Assembly (NCBI GenBank): GCA_964527235.1 | Contig: CAZGNC010000001.1 | Location: forward strand, 83,220 to 147,219 | Origin: an uncultured Candidatus Saccharibacteria bacterium | Lineage (GTDB): Bacteria; Patescibacteriota; Minisyncoccia; Phycocordibacterales; UBA9973 | Direction: 5' to 3' | Length of the DNA stretch: 64,000 bases | In this document: in pieces, positions 17,748 through 28,565 of the stretch | How the letters are laid out: each line of letters starts with the position of its first letter | Position numbering within the stretch: position 1 is the first letter of the stretch | The notes under the pieces: generated by a model | Told to the model about the DNA's origin: nothing | What the model saw: only the letters and a program-made list of their open reading frames with translations | The model's database searches: none | Made by a program: the position numbers and the translations under genes

Positions 17748-17930
17748 ATGATGGAAGTATTGTTTAAAGTCTGGATGCTTATAGCGGTGTTGCCTTTTCT
17801 GATGGCGCAGAAGGGTCTTGAGATGTTGGCTGAGCATATGGGCAAAGAAAGCTGGACAGAGATACTCCCTGAGATATTGGTGGTTGTATTATCTATTGCT
17901 GTGATAGTTCTGATATTGCTTGGATACTAA
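17748..17930 (+). CDS. Small membrane protein
   Basis: 60 aa with two hydrophobic segments; fills the gap between flanking genes. Confidence 0.6.
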   Translation: MMEVLFKVWMLIAVLPFLMAQKGLEMLAEHMGKESWTEILPEILVVVLSIAVIVLILLGY

Positions 17931-18581
17931 TTATTCCAAAGCCTCAGTGTTGTTCCAAGTTAAGAGCTTCCACTCGGTTTTACTAAACCAGTGTGGAATA
18001 CAGAGGCATATAGTCATGCCGGCGTTGTTGATGGGGTTAAAATAGCTAAGCTCGTTATACTGTGAGGCAGTTAGCTTCTTGCCGTATAGCATGGATGCGA
18101 TGACCATTTTAAGAAATATTCCATGGGTCACCATTATTATTCTTTCTTCTTTTTGTCCCTTGATGAAGCGAAGTAGCTTGTGGGCTCTGTTTTTCAAATC
18201 TATGAAATTTTCTTCATCAGAATAGCGTAGATTATCTTCATGAAAGCTGTTGTCGATACGGTCGACTATTTGTTTTACTTCTTTTGAGTCAGCCTTTTTA
18301 CCGATTATTTCTGAAGGGTTCCTTCTTTCTACTAGAAGATCAGAAAAATGGATTTCCATGTCCAATTCTTTGGCAATTATTTCTGCGGTTTCTTTGGTGC
18401 GCTGATACGGACTTGCAAAGAGTATCTGGGGTTTGCCTCTTTTCTTTGGGAATTTTTGTGCAGTTTCTAGTGCCTGTCTACGACCGAGTTCAGTCAGAGA
18501 GCCTTCTGAGCCTTGCCTTATACCCTGGGCATTGAGCTCTGATTCTCCATGTCTAACGAAGTAAATAATTTTTCTAGCCAT
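17931..18581 (-). CDS. Histidine phosphatase family protein
   Basis: FVRHGES, SPYQRTKETA, VTHG motifs; start taken at MARK. Confidence 0.92.
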   Translation of the reverse strand: MARKIIYFVRHGESELNAQGIRQGSEGSLTELGRRQALETAQKFPKKRGKPQILFASPYQRTKETAEIIAKELDMEIHFSDLLVERRNPSEIIGKKADSKEVKQIVDRIDNSFHEDNLRYSDEENFIDLKNRAHKLLRFIKGQKEERIIMVTHGIFLKMVIASMLYGKKLTASQYNELSYFNPINNAGMTICLCIPHWFSKTEWKLLTWNNTEALE

Positions 18582-18665
18582 AGATAATATTTTAGCATAA
18601 CTGCCTTGCAACGACTATGGATTCTTGGATTTTGGCTTATTTTCTTGCTATACTGCAATTAATTT

Positions 18666-19352
18666 ATGAACAACAATTTACCTAGAGTTTCTGCGGTTGT
18701 GGCAGCATATAGAGAGAGACCTCGCATAGGTAGTGTACTCGAAACTTTACTTGCCTCAGATGTATTGAGTGAAGTGGTGCTGGTGGATGATGGGTCAGGT
18801 GACGGTACTGAAGAATACGTGCGAAAAGAATTCCCAGCTGTGCGATTGCTAGTAAATGAGCGCAACCACGGTAAAGCATACTCAATGGATAAAGGAGTGA
18901 AAGCATCTACTGGGGATGTGATATTTTTCTGTGATGCAGACCTGGTGGGGCTAACACCCGAAATGGTTAGAGATATGGTGAGCCCGGTGATAGAGAATAA
19001 GTACGATATGTTTATTGGCATACGTAATAATGTAATGCAGAAATCATTTCTGCCCTTTGCTCTAAACTCTGGTGAGCGCACGATGCGTAAAGAGGTTTGG
19101 CAGAGGTTGCCTCAGTTTTATAAGTTCAGATTTCGCATAGAGGCAGGGCTTAACTTTATGGTGTATTTTATGGGGCGACGTGGTTTGGGTTACAGGGTGA
19201 TGCCGTACTTTCAGACATTAAAAGAAAAGAAATATGGTTTTTGGCGTGGGGAGTGGCAACGCCAGAAAATGAATTTAGATGTGGTGACTGGCTGGGTGAG
19301 AGCTTTCTTTGAATTTTTATTTTTGGCGAAAATTCTAGGTAAAAAGTTATAA
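18666..19352 (+). CDS. Glycosyltransferase family 2
   Basis: VDDGSGD, NHGKA, FCDADL. Confidence 0.92.
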   Translation: MNNNLPRVSAVVAAYRERPRIGSVLETLLASDVLSEVVLVDDGSGDGTEEYVRKEFPAVRLLVNERNHGKAYSMDKGVKASTGDVIFFCDADLVGLTPEMVRDMVSPVIENKYDMFIGIRNNVMQKSFLPFALNSGERTMRKEVWQRLPQFYKFRFRIEAGLNFMVYFMGRRGLGYRVMPYFQTLKEKKYGFWRGEWQRQKMNLDVVTGWVRAFFEFLFLAKILGKKL

Positions 19353-19361
19353 AATATATTT

Positions 19362-19970
19362 ATGGTAGAACAACTCACATGGTTACGGGAAGTAATAATT
19401 AATTATCCTTCGTTTCAATACGTGACGATATTCTTGGGCGCTGCGCTTGGAGGGGAGGTAGCACTTTTTACGTTAGCATTTCTGGCGGCGCAGAAAATAA
19501 TTTCTCCTATCGCCTTGGTTTTATTGAGCTTGGTTGGCACGATGTGTTCTGATTCTATGTGGTTCCTGTTGGGTCGGACAAATCCTGCCAAGAAATTCAT
19601 CTATCATCGTTATACTACTTCGACCATTACAGTTATAGCTGAAGCAATACGCAGAGTAAGTCGAGGGAGTCATCTGATGGCTCTGATATTTGCAAAATTT
19701 CTAGTTGGGACTCGTATTGTGATGCTCCTTTACCTTAGTAATTTAGAGTTTTCTTTTAAGGAATTTATCCGCTATAATGTGGTCGCTACCTTAATCTGGC
19801 TTCTGGTGGTTATACCGACTGGGTATCTCTCGGGTTTGGGCTTTACGTATGTAGCAGAAGTTTTCCAGAATATTTATGCCGGGCTAGGGTTTGTCTTTTT
19901 GGTTTTGATAGTTATAGTTATACTTCAATTATGGTTAAAAAAGATATTCATCCACATGCGCGACCGATAG
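19362..19970 (+). CDS. DedA/VTT family membrane protein
   Basis: GE...G...SDSMWFLLGR, AKFLVGTR, FIRYN pattern. Confidence 0.85.
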   Translation: MVEQLTWLREVIINYPSFQYVTIFLGAALGGEVALFTLAFLAAQKIISPIALVLLSLVGTMCSDSMWFLLGRTNPAKKFIYHRYTTSTITVIAEAIRRVSRGSHLMALIFAKFLVGTRIVMLLYLSNLEFSFKEFIRYNVVATLIWLLVVIPTGYLSGLGFTYVAEVFQNIYAGLGFVFLVLIVIVILQLWLKKIFIHMRDR

Positions 19971-20701
19971 CTTTGAAAGGCGGAGGTGAATTGGCGTTTT
20001 TGCTTATTCACGGATACACCGGAAGTCCTACAGACTTTAACGGTTTGCCGGCGTTCTTGGAGAAGAATTTACAGGCTTCGGTATATGCGCCACTTCTGCC
20101 TGGGCACGGAACTGTAGTAGAAGATCTTGTCGGACTAACCAAGGATGATTTTATAAAAAGTGCTGAGCAAGAGCTCGAACATCTTCTTTCTAAACATAAA
20201 AAGGTAATAGTTGGTGGGCATAGTTTTGGTGGGCAGATAGCGCTGCATTTATCGGCTAGATATCCAGTACACGGAGTGGTGGTGACGGCGGCTCCAGTGA
20301 AGCCAGCGATACTTCTGACTATTCCTTGGCTATATGAGGTGTATAAGTTTTTATTCAGGAAAAAGTTTTTCAATAAATCTCACTCTAAAGAGCAGATACA
20401 GGCTAGAAGAAATGCTAGCTCTTTCTCGTACGATAAAATGCCGGCTTATGGGTTGCGATTGATTTTAGATATGAATAAAGACCTAAAGAAAATACTAAAA
20501 AACACAACAAGCCCTATGCTGAGTTTCTACGTGAAAAAGGATGGTGTTGCTGATGCTGAAAGTGGCGCAGAGATCGAAAGACTGATTTCTTCCGTTGAAA
20601 AACGGACACACACACTAGACTCTCTAGAGCATGGAGTTTTCTTTACTGAAGACGCTCCGCAGATATACCAGGAAGTTGTGGAATTCTTTAAAGATAGATA
20701 A
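19931..20701 (+). CDS. Alpha/beta hydrolase (carboxylesterase-like)
   Basis: IHGYTGSP, LPGHG, GHSFGG nucleophile elbow. Confidence 0.9.
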   Translation: MVKKDIHPHARPIALKGGGELAFLLIHGYTGSPTDFNGLPAFLEKNLQASVYAPLLPGHGTVVEDLVGLTKDDFIKSAEQELEHLLSKHKKVIVGGHSFGGQIALHLSARYPVHGVVVTAAPVKPAILLTIPWLYEVYKFLFRKKFFNKSHSKEQIQARRNASSFSYDKMPAYGLRLILDMNKDLKKILKNTTSPMLSFYVKKDGVADAESGAEIERLISSVEKRTHTLDSLEHGVFFTEDAPQIYQEVVEFFKDR

Positions 20702-20758
20702 TGCTTGACTTAGGCTGTGAGTATTTTAAGATAATATTGAATATACACCGGAGCGTGT

Positions 20759-20923
20759 ATGAGTGCATTCGATAAGGGGCAGCGCGGTGATGAGACCATC
20801 AAGACCGAGCTCCCAACGTTTCGTCTGAAGCCAAGCCCAATTCCGCACTTGGCTACTCCAGAGGATAACGGAGAGTGCAGGAGGCCGTTGCCTCCTGCGA
20901 CGCAGGGGAAAGACCCTCAGTGA
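20759..20923 (+). CDS. 54-aa Pro-rich hypothetical peptide (GC-elevated, SD-led cassette; not in the ORF track)
   Basis: MSAFDKGQRG...ATQGKDPQ*; GGAG upstream; TTGACT promoter at 20705; terminator hairpin GGGCCGATTGC...GCAGTCGGTCC at about 20944-20979. Confidence 0.5.
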   Translation: MSAFDKGQRGDETIKTELPTFRLKPSPIPHLATPEDNGECRRPLPPATQGKDPQ

Positions 20924-21014
20924 TCATACATGGGGGCAGGTAAAGGGGGCCGATTGCAGCACAGCGCAGTCGGTCCTTTGTACTTTAATGCCCCAAATAT
21001 GATATAATGTAATT

Positions 21015-21413
21015 ATGAAAATCAACTTATTAAGCAAGAATATGGAGCTCACAGAGGCCATATATGAGTATGTTGAGAAGAGGGTTACTAATTTAGAAAA
21101 ATTATTAGGCAAGATTGAGGAGAGTGGTGGGGAAGTTTCTGTAGTGTTCGAAGTTTCTCAGAGTAGTAAGCGTCACAAGTCAGGAGATATTTTCCATGCA
21201 GATTGTTTAGTAAAAATAAAAGGCGAAGAATATTATGCTAGTGCTGATGAGAGTGATCTATATGCCGCTGTAGATAAAATCAAAGACACTCTATTTAGAG
21301 AAATAAGTAAAGACAAAGATCGCACTCAGACACTACTTCATCGTGGAGCTCGTAGCGTAAAGAAAATGCTCAAGGGCCTCTCAAAGAGAAATCCTTTCAC
21401 CTCTAAATATTAA
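21015..21413 (+). CDS. hpf: Ribosome hibernation promoting factor (RaiA/HPF family)
   Basis: NMELTEAIYEYVEKR...DLYAAVD. Confidence 0.92.
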   Translation: MKINLLSKNMELTEAIYEYVEKRVTNLEKLLGKIEESGGEVSVVFEVSQSSKRHKSGDIFHADCLVKIKGEEYYASADESDLYAAVDKIKDTLFREISKDKDRTQTLLHRGARSVKKMLKGLSKRNPFTSKY

Positions 21414-22223
21414 TTAGTTTCTAAAGTCTATCTCTTTGCCACCTTCAGGGATTACTTTTTCTATTATAAATTTCCCGTCTTCTAGTCTAGCTTTGGTTAT
21501 GATTATTCTTTTGCCGTCTTTGAAAAAGAAGGTTCTGGGCCAGTGTGCATAGGCACGGAATTTATTGTAATTTTTCGTAGCATCGTCGTTTAAATCTATA
21601 AGCCCGTCCTCTTTCTTTATTTTCTTACAGAAAGTCGCTTCATTTTCTGATTGTGGAGTTTCTTTGGTGTTACCTGCAATTAAATCAGGTAGAATTTTAA
21701 CCAACAATTCTCCGCCTACTTTTATCAGCCTAGCTCTGAGTTCTGGAGCAGTTTCATCTGGCATTATGGCTGTTTCTTCTAGGGCTATAATTGGCCCTGA
21801 GTCCATCTTGTAAGCCATCTTTTGGATTGTAACGCCAGTGATCGTATCACCGTTAAGAATCGCCGATTCTACTGGTGAGGCGCCACGGTATTTGGGCAGC
21901 ATGGAATAATGGATATTGATTGAGCCTAATCTAGGGGCGTTTAATATATCCTCTGGAATTATTTTCCCATAAGCTACTACAATAGATAAATCAAATTTAG
22001 ATACGTCAGGGTTTTCAGTTTGCGTATAGGGGATATTGTTCTTTTCTGCCCAGACTTTAACGGGTGGAGGAGTAACAAGCATTTTACGGCCTTGAGGTTT
22101 ATCTTCTCCTGTAACAATTAATGCTGGAATGTATCCTGAGTTTTTAAGTATTTCAAGAGTTTCTGACGCTACATCAGGAGTACCCCAAAACACGAAATTA
22201 AGTTTCTCGTTTGAATTATGCAT
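21414..22223 (-). CDS. fmt: Methionyl-tRNA formyltransferase
   Basis: FWGTP, DKPQGR, VVAYG, NIHYSMLPKYRGASP, MDSGPI. Confidence 0.96.
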   Translation of the reverse strand: MHNSNEKLNFVFWGTPDVASETLEILKNSGYIPALIVTGEDKPQGRKMLVTPPPVKVWAEKNNIPYTQTENPDVSKFDLSIVVAYGKIIPEDILNAPRLGSINIHYSMLPKYRGASPVESAILNGDTITGVTIQKMAYKMDSGPIIALEETAIMPDETAPELRARLIKVGGELLVKILPDLIAGNTKETPQSENEATFCKKIKKEDGLIDLNDDATKNYNKFRAYAHWPRTFFFKDGKRIIITKARLEDGKFIIEKVIPEGGKEIDFRN

Positions 22224-22227
22224 ACTC

Positions 22228-22767
22228 TTATCCTATGTGCTCTGCTTTAATATCTTTCGCGTGGTCGATAAACAATACGCCGTTGAGATGGTCTGTCTCG
22301 TGCTGGAATATTTGTGCCAAGAGCCCTGATGCACCTCGGGTGAATTTCTTGCCTTTTTCGTCATAAGCAGTTACTGTGGCTTTCTTTGACCGCCAGGTTT
22401 TCCCATATAGCGGGCGCACTGAAAGACAGCCTTCAGGCATCCATTCTTTGTCGCGGGATAGTTTAGAAATCTTTGGATTTATAAATACCACATCTTCAAC
22501 CTCAGCATTATTAAGTTCAGCCAGAGATTCTTCTTGAAGGTCTTCTTTGCCAAAATCTTTTAGGAATATTCTTCCTGATACCAAGAAAATTCTAAGCGAA
22601 TATCCTATCTGTGGAGCTGCTATCGCCACGCCGTCGCTCTGGCTCCTGAGTGATTGAGACATTTCAGCCAAGATTTTCTTAATTTTAGTAGAAGCAATTT
22701 GCTCTAGAGGAACTTCTTTGGCTATCTTCCTGAGAACTTTTTCTTCTTTTTGAAGAATTTTCTTCAT
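22228..22767 (-). CDS. def: Peptide deformylase
   Basis: GVAIAAPQIG, EGCLS, QHETDH. Confidence 0.97.
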   Translation of the reverse strand: MKKILQKEEKVLRKIAKEVPLEQIASTKIKKILAEMSQSLRSQSDGVAIAAPQIGYSLRIFLVSGRIFLKDFGKEDLQEESLAELNNAEVEDVVFINPKISKLSRDKEWMPEGCLSVRPLYGKTWRSKKATVTAYDEKGKKFTRGASGLLAQIFQHETDHLNGVLFIDHAKDIKAEHIG

Positions 22768-22771
22768 TGTT

Positions 22772-24070
22772 TTATTTTAGCTCTTTTATGTATTCTAAGA
22801 GTTTGCTTAGTTTGACTGTTTCTTGGGAGCGGTTAGTCATATTGCGTACGATAACAGCGTTATCGAGTGCTTCCTTAACCCCGAAAATTATAGCGTAGGG
22901 GATGGCGAGTCTTTCTGCTACTGCTAGCTGGGATCCCAGACTGTCTTTAGATAGTGAATGAGCTATCGGTATGTGTGCCTTACGGAGAATTTCTATAATG
23001 TTTAGACTTTTCAATTTTGCCTCATTGCCAAGCTGAATGAAGTAAATTTTTGGTTTTTTAACAATGCGAGGAGAGAGCTTCTTGTACCATTTAGCTTCTA
23101 TGACTCGATCTACACCGATAGAGAAACCAACTCCAGGGACATCCTTCTTGCTCCCAATTTGACGAGCCAGGTAATCATATCTACCTCCTGAGGCTATCTG
23201 CATAGGTCCTACGCCTTCTTCACCGCTTTCAGAATAAACTTCGAATACTGTTCGGGTGTAATAAGAAAGACCGCGAACTAGATTCTTATTGATGTTGTAC
23301 GGAATACCCATTTCTTCGAGGTACTCCAATACTTCTTTGAAGTGTTTCTTGCAAGACGCGCACAGGAAGCTAACTGCATCTGGAGCGTTCTCGTTTATTT
23401 CTTTTGTTTTTTCTTCTTTAGAGTCTAGGATGCGAAGGGGATTGGTCTTTAGTCTTTGTCTATCAATTGCGCCCAGGCTGTTGATGTGCTTTTTGTAGTA
23501 GTTGGTTAGTTCTTTGATATATCCACCACGGCATTCTTTATCCCCGATAGAATTTATCTCTATTGAAAGATTTTCTGCACCGGCTTCTTCTAGGATACTC
23601 ATACCTGTTTTAATAACGAAAGCGTCCATAATACTCTTGTCGCTTCCTAGTGAATCAAGATCGAACTGCCAGAATTGTCGATAACGTCCGCGCTGAGGTT
23701 TGTCATGGCGGAAGACTGGTCCGTATTGATAGAACATTACAGGCTGAGGCATAGCTTGCATACCATGCTCTATGTATGCGCGCATTAGAGGAGCAGTGTG
23801 TTCTGGGCGCATTGCTAAATGATCACCGCCCTTGGTTCGCAAGGTATACATTTCTTTATCTACGATATCAGTACCTTCGCCGACGCTACTGGTGAACACA
23901 TCTTCGTTTTCAAGTATTGGAGTTTCTATTGGTTTAAAGCCATAATACACTGCTACTTCTTGAGCCTTTTCGAATAGACCTTGAAAAGCATAATATTCTT
24001 CACTAACAATATCCCTCATTCCTTTTGGAGAGGTGTAATCTTTCTGTTTGGTTTTTGAATCTTTAGACAT
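22772..24070 (-). CDS. hisS: Histidine--tRNA ligase
   Basis: PKGMRD, KEMY, RPEHT, FRHDKPQRGRYRQF, LVRGLSYYT, GGRYD. Confidence 0.97.
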   Translation of the reverse strand: MSKDSKTKQKDYTSPKGMRDIVSEEYYAFQGLFEKAQEVAVYYGFKPIETPILENEDVFTSSVGEGTDIVDKEMYTLRTKGGDHLAMRPEHTAPLMRAYIEHGMQAMPQPVMFYQYGPVFRHDKPQRGRYRQFWQFDLDSLGSDKSIMDAFVIKTGMSILEEAGAENLSIEINSIGDKECRGGYIKELTNYYKKHINSLGAIDRQRLKTNPLRILDSKEEKTKEINENAPDAVSFLCASCKKHFKEVLEYLEEMGIPYNINKNLVRGLSYYTRTVFEVYSESGEEGVGPMQIASGGRYDYLARQIGSKKDVPGVGFSIGVDRVIEAKWYKKLSPRIVKKPKIYFIQLGNEAKLKSLNIIEILRKAHIPIAHSLSKDSLGSQLAVAERLAIPYAIIFGVKEALDNAVIVRNMTNRSQETVKLSKLLEYIKELK

Positions 24071-24080
24071 TTTATTAATT

Positions 24081-24674
24081 TTATTTCACACTTCCTGGGA
24101 GCAAATCCATATCACTTACCGGCAATAAGCGTAGGAAGGCCCTACCCACTAAAAGATCTTTTTTTACTGGACCCCAATATCTAGAGTCTGAGCTTGCATC
24201 TCTGTTGTCGCCCATAACAAAGTATTCGTCGTTACCTAATTCAAAATGCATAGCTTCGTCATTGGAGGGATTTTTTATAAAATATTGATCAATCTTGAAC
24301 CCCTCTTTGTTTTCTTTGTTGGTTATGGTGACAGTCTCTCCCTTTATATCAACGGTTTCATTTGGGAGCCCAATGATTCTTTTTATAAAGAATTTTGTGG
24401 TGTCCTTGGGGTATTTAAATATCACTACATCAAGTCTTTGAGGTTCGCCGAGGCGATAAGATAATTCATCTACAATTAGATAATCTGAATTTTCAAAAGT
24501 AGGAACCATTGAAGACCCAGATACTATGAAAGGCTGGGCTATAAACACTCTCACAGGCACCACGACGGCTATTGCTACTAAAGCAAAACCGGCAAATTCT
24601 AATATAGATTGGCCGAGGGTTTTTAAGGGAGTGGGGCTGGTTTCTCTCGAACCAACTTCTTTTTCTAATTCCAT
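24081..24674 (-). CDS. lepB: Signal peptidase I
   Basis: VSGSSMVPT, IKRIIGLP, GDNRDASSDSR. Confidence 0.95.
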   Translation of the reverse strand: MELEKEVGSRETSPTPLKTLGQSILEFAGFALVAIAVVVPVRVFIAQPFIVSGSSMVPTFENSDYLIVDELSYRLGEPQRLDVVIFKYPKDTTKFFIKRIIGLPNETVDIKGETVTITNKENKEGFKIDQYFIKNPSNDEAMHFELGNDEYFVMGDNRDASSDSRYWGPVKKDLLVGRAFLRLLPVSDMDLLPGSVK

Positions 24675-24770
24675 GCTTATAATATAGCACAAAAAAGTAT
24701 TGACACAACACCTATATGTGTTTTGAAATAAAATTTGCCACTTCGGTGTTTTGAGTGGTATTATGAATGC

Positions 24771-25304
24771 ATGAAATTATTAGTTGGTCTTGGAAATCCT
24801 GGAGAGGAATACGAAAACACTAGGCACAATACTGGACGTATTGTGGTAGGTTTGGTTGAGAAGAAGCTCGAAGATAGTAATTTAAAAATAAAATACCTCA
24901 CACCAGACACCTTTATGAATAATTCAGGTAAGGCTGTTGCGCCGTTAGTGAAGTCTAAAAAAGATTTGAAAGATTTAGTGGTAGTGTACGACGATATTGA
25001 TTTACCACTAGGTAAGATGAAAATTTCTTTTAATCGTTCTTCTGGTGGTCACAATGGTCTAGGATCTATCATAAAGTCACTAAAGACTGAAGAATTTGTT
25101 CGTATTCGAATAGGTATCGCGCCATCGACACCATCTGGAAAAATAAAAAAGCCAAAAGGTGAGAAAGCCACACTTAACTTCCTCCTAGGAGAGTTTAAAA
25201 AGCCAGAACTCGAAGTTTTGAAAAAACTCTCAAAGAACGTTGCTCTCGCAGTAGAAACTATCTTTACTGAAAGCAAAGATAAGGCGATGACTTTATATAA
25301 TTAG
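24771..25304 (+). CDS. pth: Peptidyl-tRNA hydrolase
   Basis: VGLGNPG...TRHNTG, FMNNSG, GGHNGL. Confidence 0.96.
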   Translation: MKLLVGLGNPGEEYENTRHNTGRIVVGLVEKKLEDSNLKIKYLTPDTFMNNSGKAVAPLVKSKKDLKDLVVVYDDIDLPLGKMKISFNRSSGGHNGLGSIIKSLKTEEFVRIRIGIAPSTPSGKIKKPKGEKATLNFLLGEFKKPELEVLKKLSKNVALAVETIFTESKDKAMTLYN

Positions 25305-25305
25305 C

Positions 25306-28300
25306 TTATACTTCCTTCACGGCTTCAATGATGATGCTTTTTTCGCCGTTGCGATTTGAGATTTTGCCAGTGAGTGCGATGCATTTTTCAGCGACTAGGA
25401 CATCTATGAAGTCTTTGAATATAGAAGGGAAAGTCACGGCTTCTATTGATCCTGTGAAATCAGCTATTTTAATAAACGCCATGCGTTCGTTTTTCTTGGT
25501 AACTACTTGCCGTACATTTTCTATGATTCCGGCAATTGTTACCGGCAGACCGTTGCCTAGTTCTTCTTTTATTTTTTTAATATTTACATCACGTTTCTCG
25601 AGTTTTTCACGAAGCCTGTCTAGCGGGTGGCCTGAGATATATAATCCTAGAAGTTCTTTCTCCCATAGTAGCTTTTCTGCCATGCTTGAGGGGGTGCCTT
25701 CTTTGAGCTTAAAGCCCACACTACTTGTTTCTGGTAAATCTCCAAAAAGAGAAACCTGGTTTTGATTCTGCGTGCCGGATTCTTTGTTGTAGGCAAGCAT
25801 GTCCTCGAGGTTGGATAACAATTTTCCTCTTTCTTCCCAGTCATCGAAACAGCCCGATTTAATTAAAGCCTCCATAGATTTCTTGTTTAGATTTTTGTGT
25901 TTGATTCTATCTAGGAAATCAGTGATTGATTTAAATTTACCTTTTGCTTTTCTCTCTTCGATTATTGCATCAGAGATATCAGTGCCGAGATTTTTAATTG
26001 TATAAAGTCCGAATCTTATCTTTTCACTTTTGTGATCTTTGTCTACTAGAATTTCATTTCCTCCTGGTAGGCAAGTGAAGCCTCCGAAACTTTCATTGAT
26101 GTGAGGCGGAAGCACTTGGATTTTCATATTTTTGCACTCCTCGATGATCTCAGCGATTTTCTCTACGTCCCCAGATTCGGCTGTTAGTATCGCAGCCATG
26201 TATTCCACTGGGTAATGAGCTTTCATGTACGCAGTCTGATAAGCCACTCGTCCGTAGCTCGCAGCGTGGGCCTTATTGAATCCATAAGCCTGGAAAGGTT
26301 CGAAAAGTTTCCATAAATCTTCGGCAAACTTTTTCGTCTGACCATTTTTGATAACTCCTTTCACGAATTTTTCATGCTGAGCTGCCATCTCTGCTGGGAT
26401 CTTTTTACCCACAGCTTTACGGAATTTATCTGCTTCTTCCCAGTTGTAACCTGCAAGTTCGAGTGCGCAGAAAAGTAGATCGTCCTGATACACAATCAAT
26501 CCATAAGATTCAGTTAAGAAATTCTTCATTCTAGGGTCTAGATATTTTATGAGGTTTGGATTGTGTTTACGTTTGATGTATTCAGGAATTGTCTCCATTG
26601 GTCCAGGACGATACAGTGCCACCATGGCATTGATGTCGTGAATCGAAGTTGGTTTGAGTTCTTTGAGATAACGAGTCATCCCAGAGCCGTTGAGCTGGAA
26701 CAATCCTTCGGTCTGGCCCTTAGCCAATAGAGAGAAAGTTTTCTTGTCGTCCAGTGGAATTTTCTCGATGTCGATTTCAATACCGTAGAACTTTTTCACT
26801 AATCTAACTGCATCTCCGAGAATAGCTAAGTTGCGAATTCCCAAGAAGTCGAATTTTAGTAGCCCAGCATCTTCGACGCTGTACATGTCGTACTGAGTTA
26901 TTATTTTCCCACCCTTTGGGTCGAGCTGTGTTGGTACGTACTCATATAGTGGTCCTGGAGCTATAACCACACCTGCGGCGTGCACTGAGATGTGCCTTAC
27001 GCAACCTTCTAACTTCTTTGCGAGATTAATTATTTCTTTAGTGTCTTTTTCTTTTTCGTATGCTTCTTTGAGTTCTGGGACTATCTCCATGGCATGATCT
27101 ATCGTCATGGGCATTCCTTGAGACCCCATTGGAATCATTTTGGAAATTCTATCACCGATGCCGTATGGATATCCCTGAGCACGAGCCACGTCACGAACCG
27201 CACCACGAGCCATCATAGTACCGAAGGTACCAATTTGAGCGACTTTGTCAGCGCCGTATTTTGATTTCGCGTACTCAATCATTTCATCGCGACGGTTGTC
27301 AGCGTAATCCATGTCGATATCGGGAGCCGAAGGACGAAATGGGTTTAAGAATCTTTCGAACGGGAGTTTGTACTCTATTGGGTTCATGTTGGTGATGCCA
27401 ATCAGGTAAGTAACCATAGAGCCTGCCACCGATCCGCGGATTGTTGTGAGTATTCCGTTTTCTCTAGCGTGGCGCAGTAGGTCTCCCACCACAAGAAAGT
27501 AAGGGGAGTAACCTTTATCGAAAATAATTTTCAGTTCGTATTCTAGACGATCAACTATTTCTTTAGTTTCTTCTAGTCCGCGATTTTTGATACCTGCGTA
27601 TGCAAGCTGGCGGAGTTTGTCATTATAAGACATGCCTTCTTCTATCTTTAAGTCAGGGAAAACCCAACGCCCGAGATCTAGCTCGAGGTCGCACATGTTG
27701 GCGACTTTTACAGTGTTAGTTACTGCCTCGGGGGTGTCTTTGAAAATTTCGAATGCTTCCTCGGTACTAATGAAAGAGAAGTTGTCGTTTGAGAATTCGA
27801 ATTTACTTGCGTCTTTTATGTCTCCTTGAGTGTTGATTTGTAGCAGTGTTTTGTGGGCGTCGTGGTCGTCAGCACATGGGTAATGTGAGTCTTGGGTAGC
27901 TACAAGGTCGACGTTGTGTTTGTGAGCTAGCTTTATCAAAGATTCACGCACAAATGCATCCTTCTCTACAGTAGGATGTTTTTGAATTTCTATAAAGTAA
28001 TTTTCTTTGCCGAAAATATCCTGATAGTCGGTTATGATTTTGTCAGCTGCTTCGAAATCTTCACGCAGAACTGCCTGAGAGAGCTCACCACCTAAACATC
28101 CTGAAAGCGCAATAATACCGTCAGAGTATTCACGTAGGATTTCTTTATCCATTCTGGGTTTGTAGTAGTAGCCTTCGAGGTTGGCGAGTGTGACAAGGCG
28201 GATAAGGTTTTTGTAGCCCTGCATGTTTTTCGCAAGTAGGGTCAGGTGGTAGTAGCGCTTAGTGCCGTTGGCTTCAGTTGTCTTATCTTTACGACTTCCG

Positions 28301-28518
28301 GCTGTCATGTATGCTTCAACACCAATAATAGGCTTAACACCGGCCTTCTTGGCTAATTTATAGAACTCTATTGCGCCGTACATGTTGCCGTGGTCAGTGA
28401 TAGCTATAGCGGGCATATTGAACTTCTTGGCTAGGTTAACTAAATCCTCAAGTTTTGAAAGCCCGTCTAGAAGGGAGTAGTGGCTGTGGGTATGCAGATG
28501 TACGAAGCTTTTTTCCAT
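25306..28518 (-). CDS. dnaE: DNA polymerase III alpha subunit
   Basis: [16 protein letters not shown] domain, [23 protein letters not shown]; second ATG chosen from promoter spacing. Confidence 0.97.
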   Translation of the reverse strand: MEKSFVHLHTHSHYSLLDGLSKLEDLVNLAKKFNMPAIAITDHGNMYGAIEFYKLAKKAGVKPIIGVEAYMTAGSRKDKTTEANGTKRYYHLTLLAKNMQGYKNLIRLVTLANLEGYYYKPRMDKEILREYSDGIIALSGCLGGELSQAVLREDFEAADKIITDYQDIFGKENYFIEIQKHPTVEKDAFVRESLIKLAHKHNVDLVATQDSHYPCADDHDAHKTLLQINTQGDIKDASKFEFSNDNFSFISTEEAFEIFKDTPEAVTNTVKVANMCDLELDLGRWVFPDLKIEEGMSYNDKLRQLAYAGIKNRGLEETKEIVDRLEYELKIIFDKGYSPYFLVVGDLLRHARENGILTTIRGSVAGSMVTYLIGITNMNPIEYKLPFERFLNPFRPSAPDIDMDYADNRRDEMIEYAKSKYGADKVAQIGTFGTMMARGAVRDVARAQGYPYGIGDRISKMIPMGSQGMPMTIDHAMEIVPELKEAYEKEKDTKEIINLAKKLEGCVRHISVHAAGVVIAPGPLYEYVPTQLDPKGGKIITQYDMYSVEDAGLLKFDFLGIRNLAILGDAVRLVKKFYGIEIDIEKIPLDDKKTFSLLAKGQTEGLFQLNGSGMTRYLKELKPTSIHDINAMVALYRPGPMETIPEYIKRKHNPNLIKYLDPRMKNFLTESYGLIVYQDDLLFCALELAGYNWEEADKFRKAVGKKIPAEMAAQHEKFVKGVIKNGQTKKFAEDLWKLFEPFQAYGFNKAHAASYGRVAYQTAYMKAHYPVEYMAAILTAESGDVEKIAEIIEECKNMKIQVLPPHINESFGGFTCLPGGNEILVDKDHKSEKIRFGLYTIKNLGTDISDAIIEERKAKGKFKSITDFLDRIKHKNLNKKSMEALIKSGCFDDWEERGKLLSNLEDMLAYNKESGTQNQNQVSLFGDLPETSSVGFKLKEGTPSSMAEKLLWEKELLGLYISGHPLDRLREKLEKRDVNIKKIKEELGNGLPVTIAGIIENVRQVVTKKNERMAFIKIADFTGSIEAVTFPSIFKDFIDVLVAEKCIALTGKISNRNGEKSIIIEAVKEV

Positions 28519-28565
28519 GCCCATTGATTATACTAGTTTTTTATTTTTTTGGTATAATTAAAATT

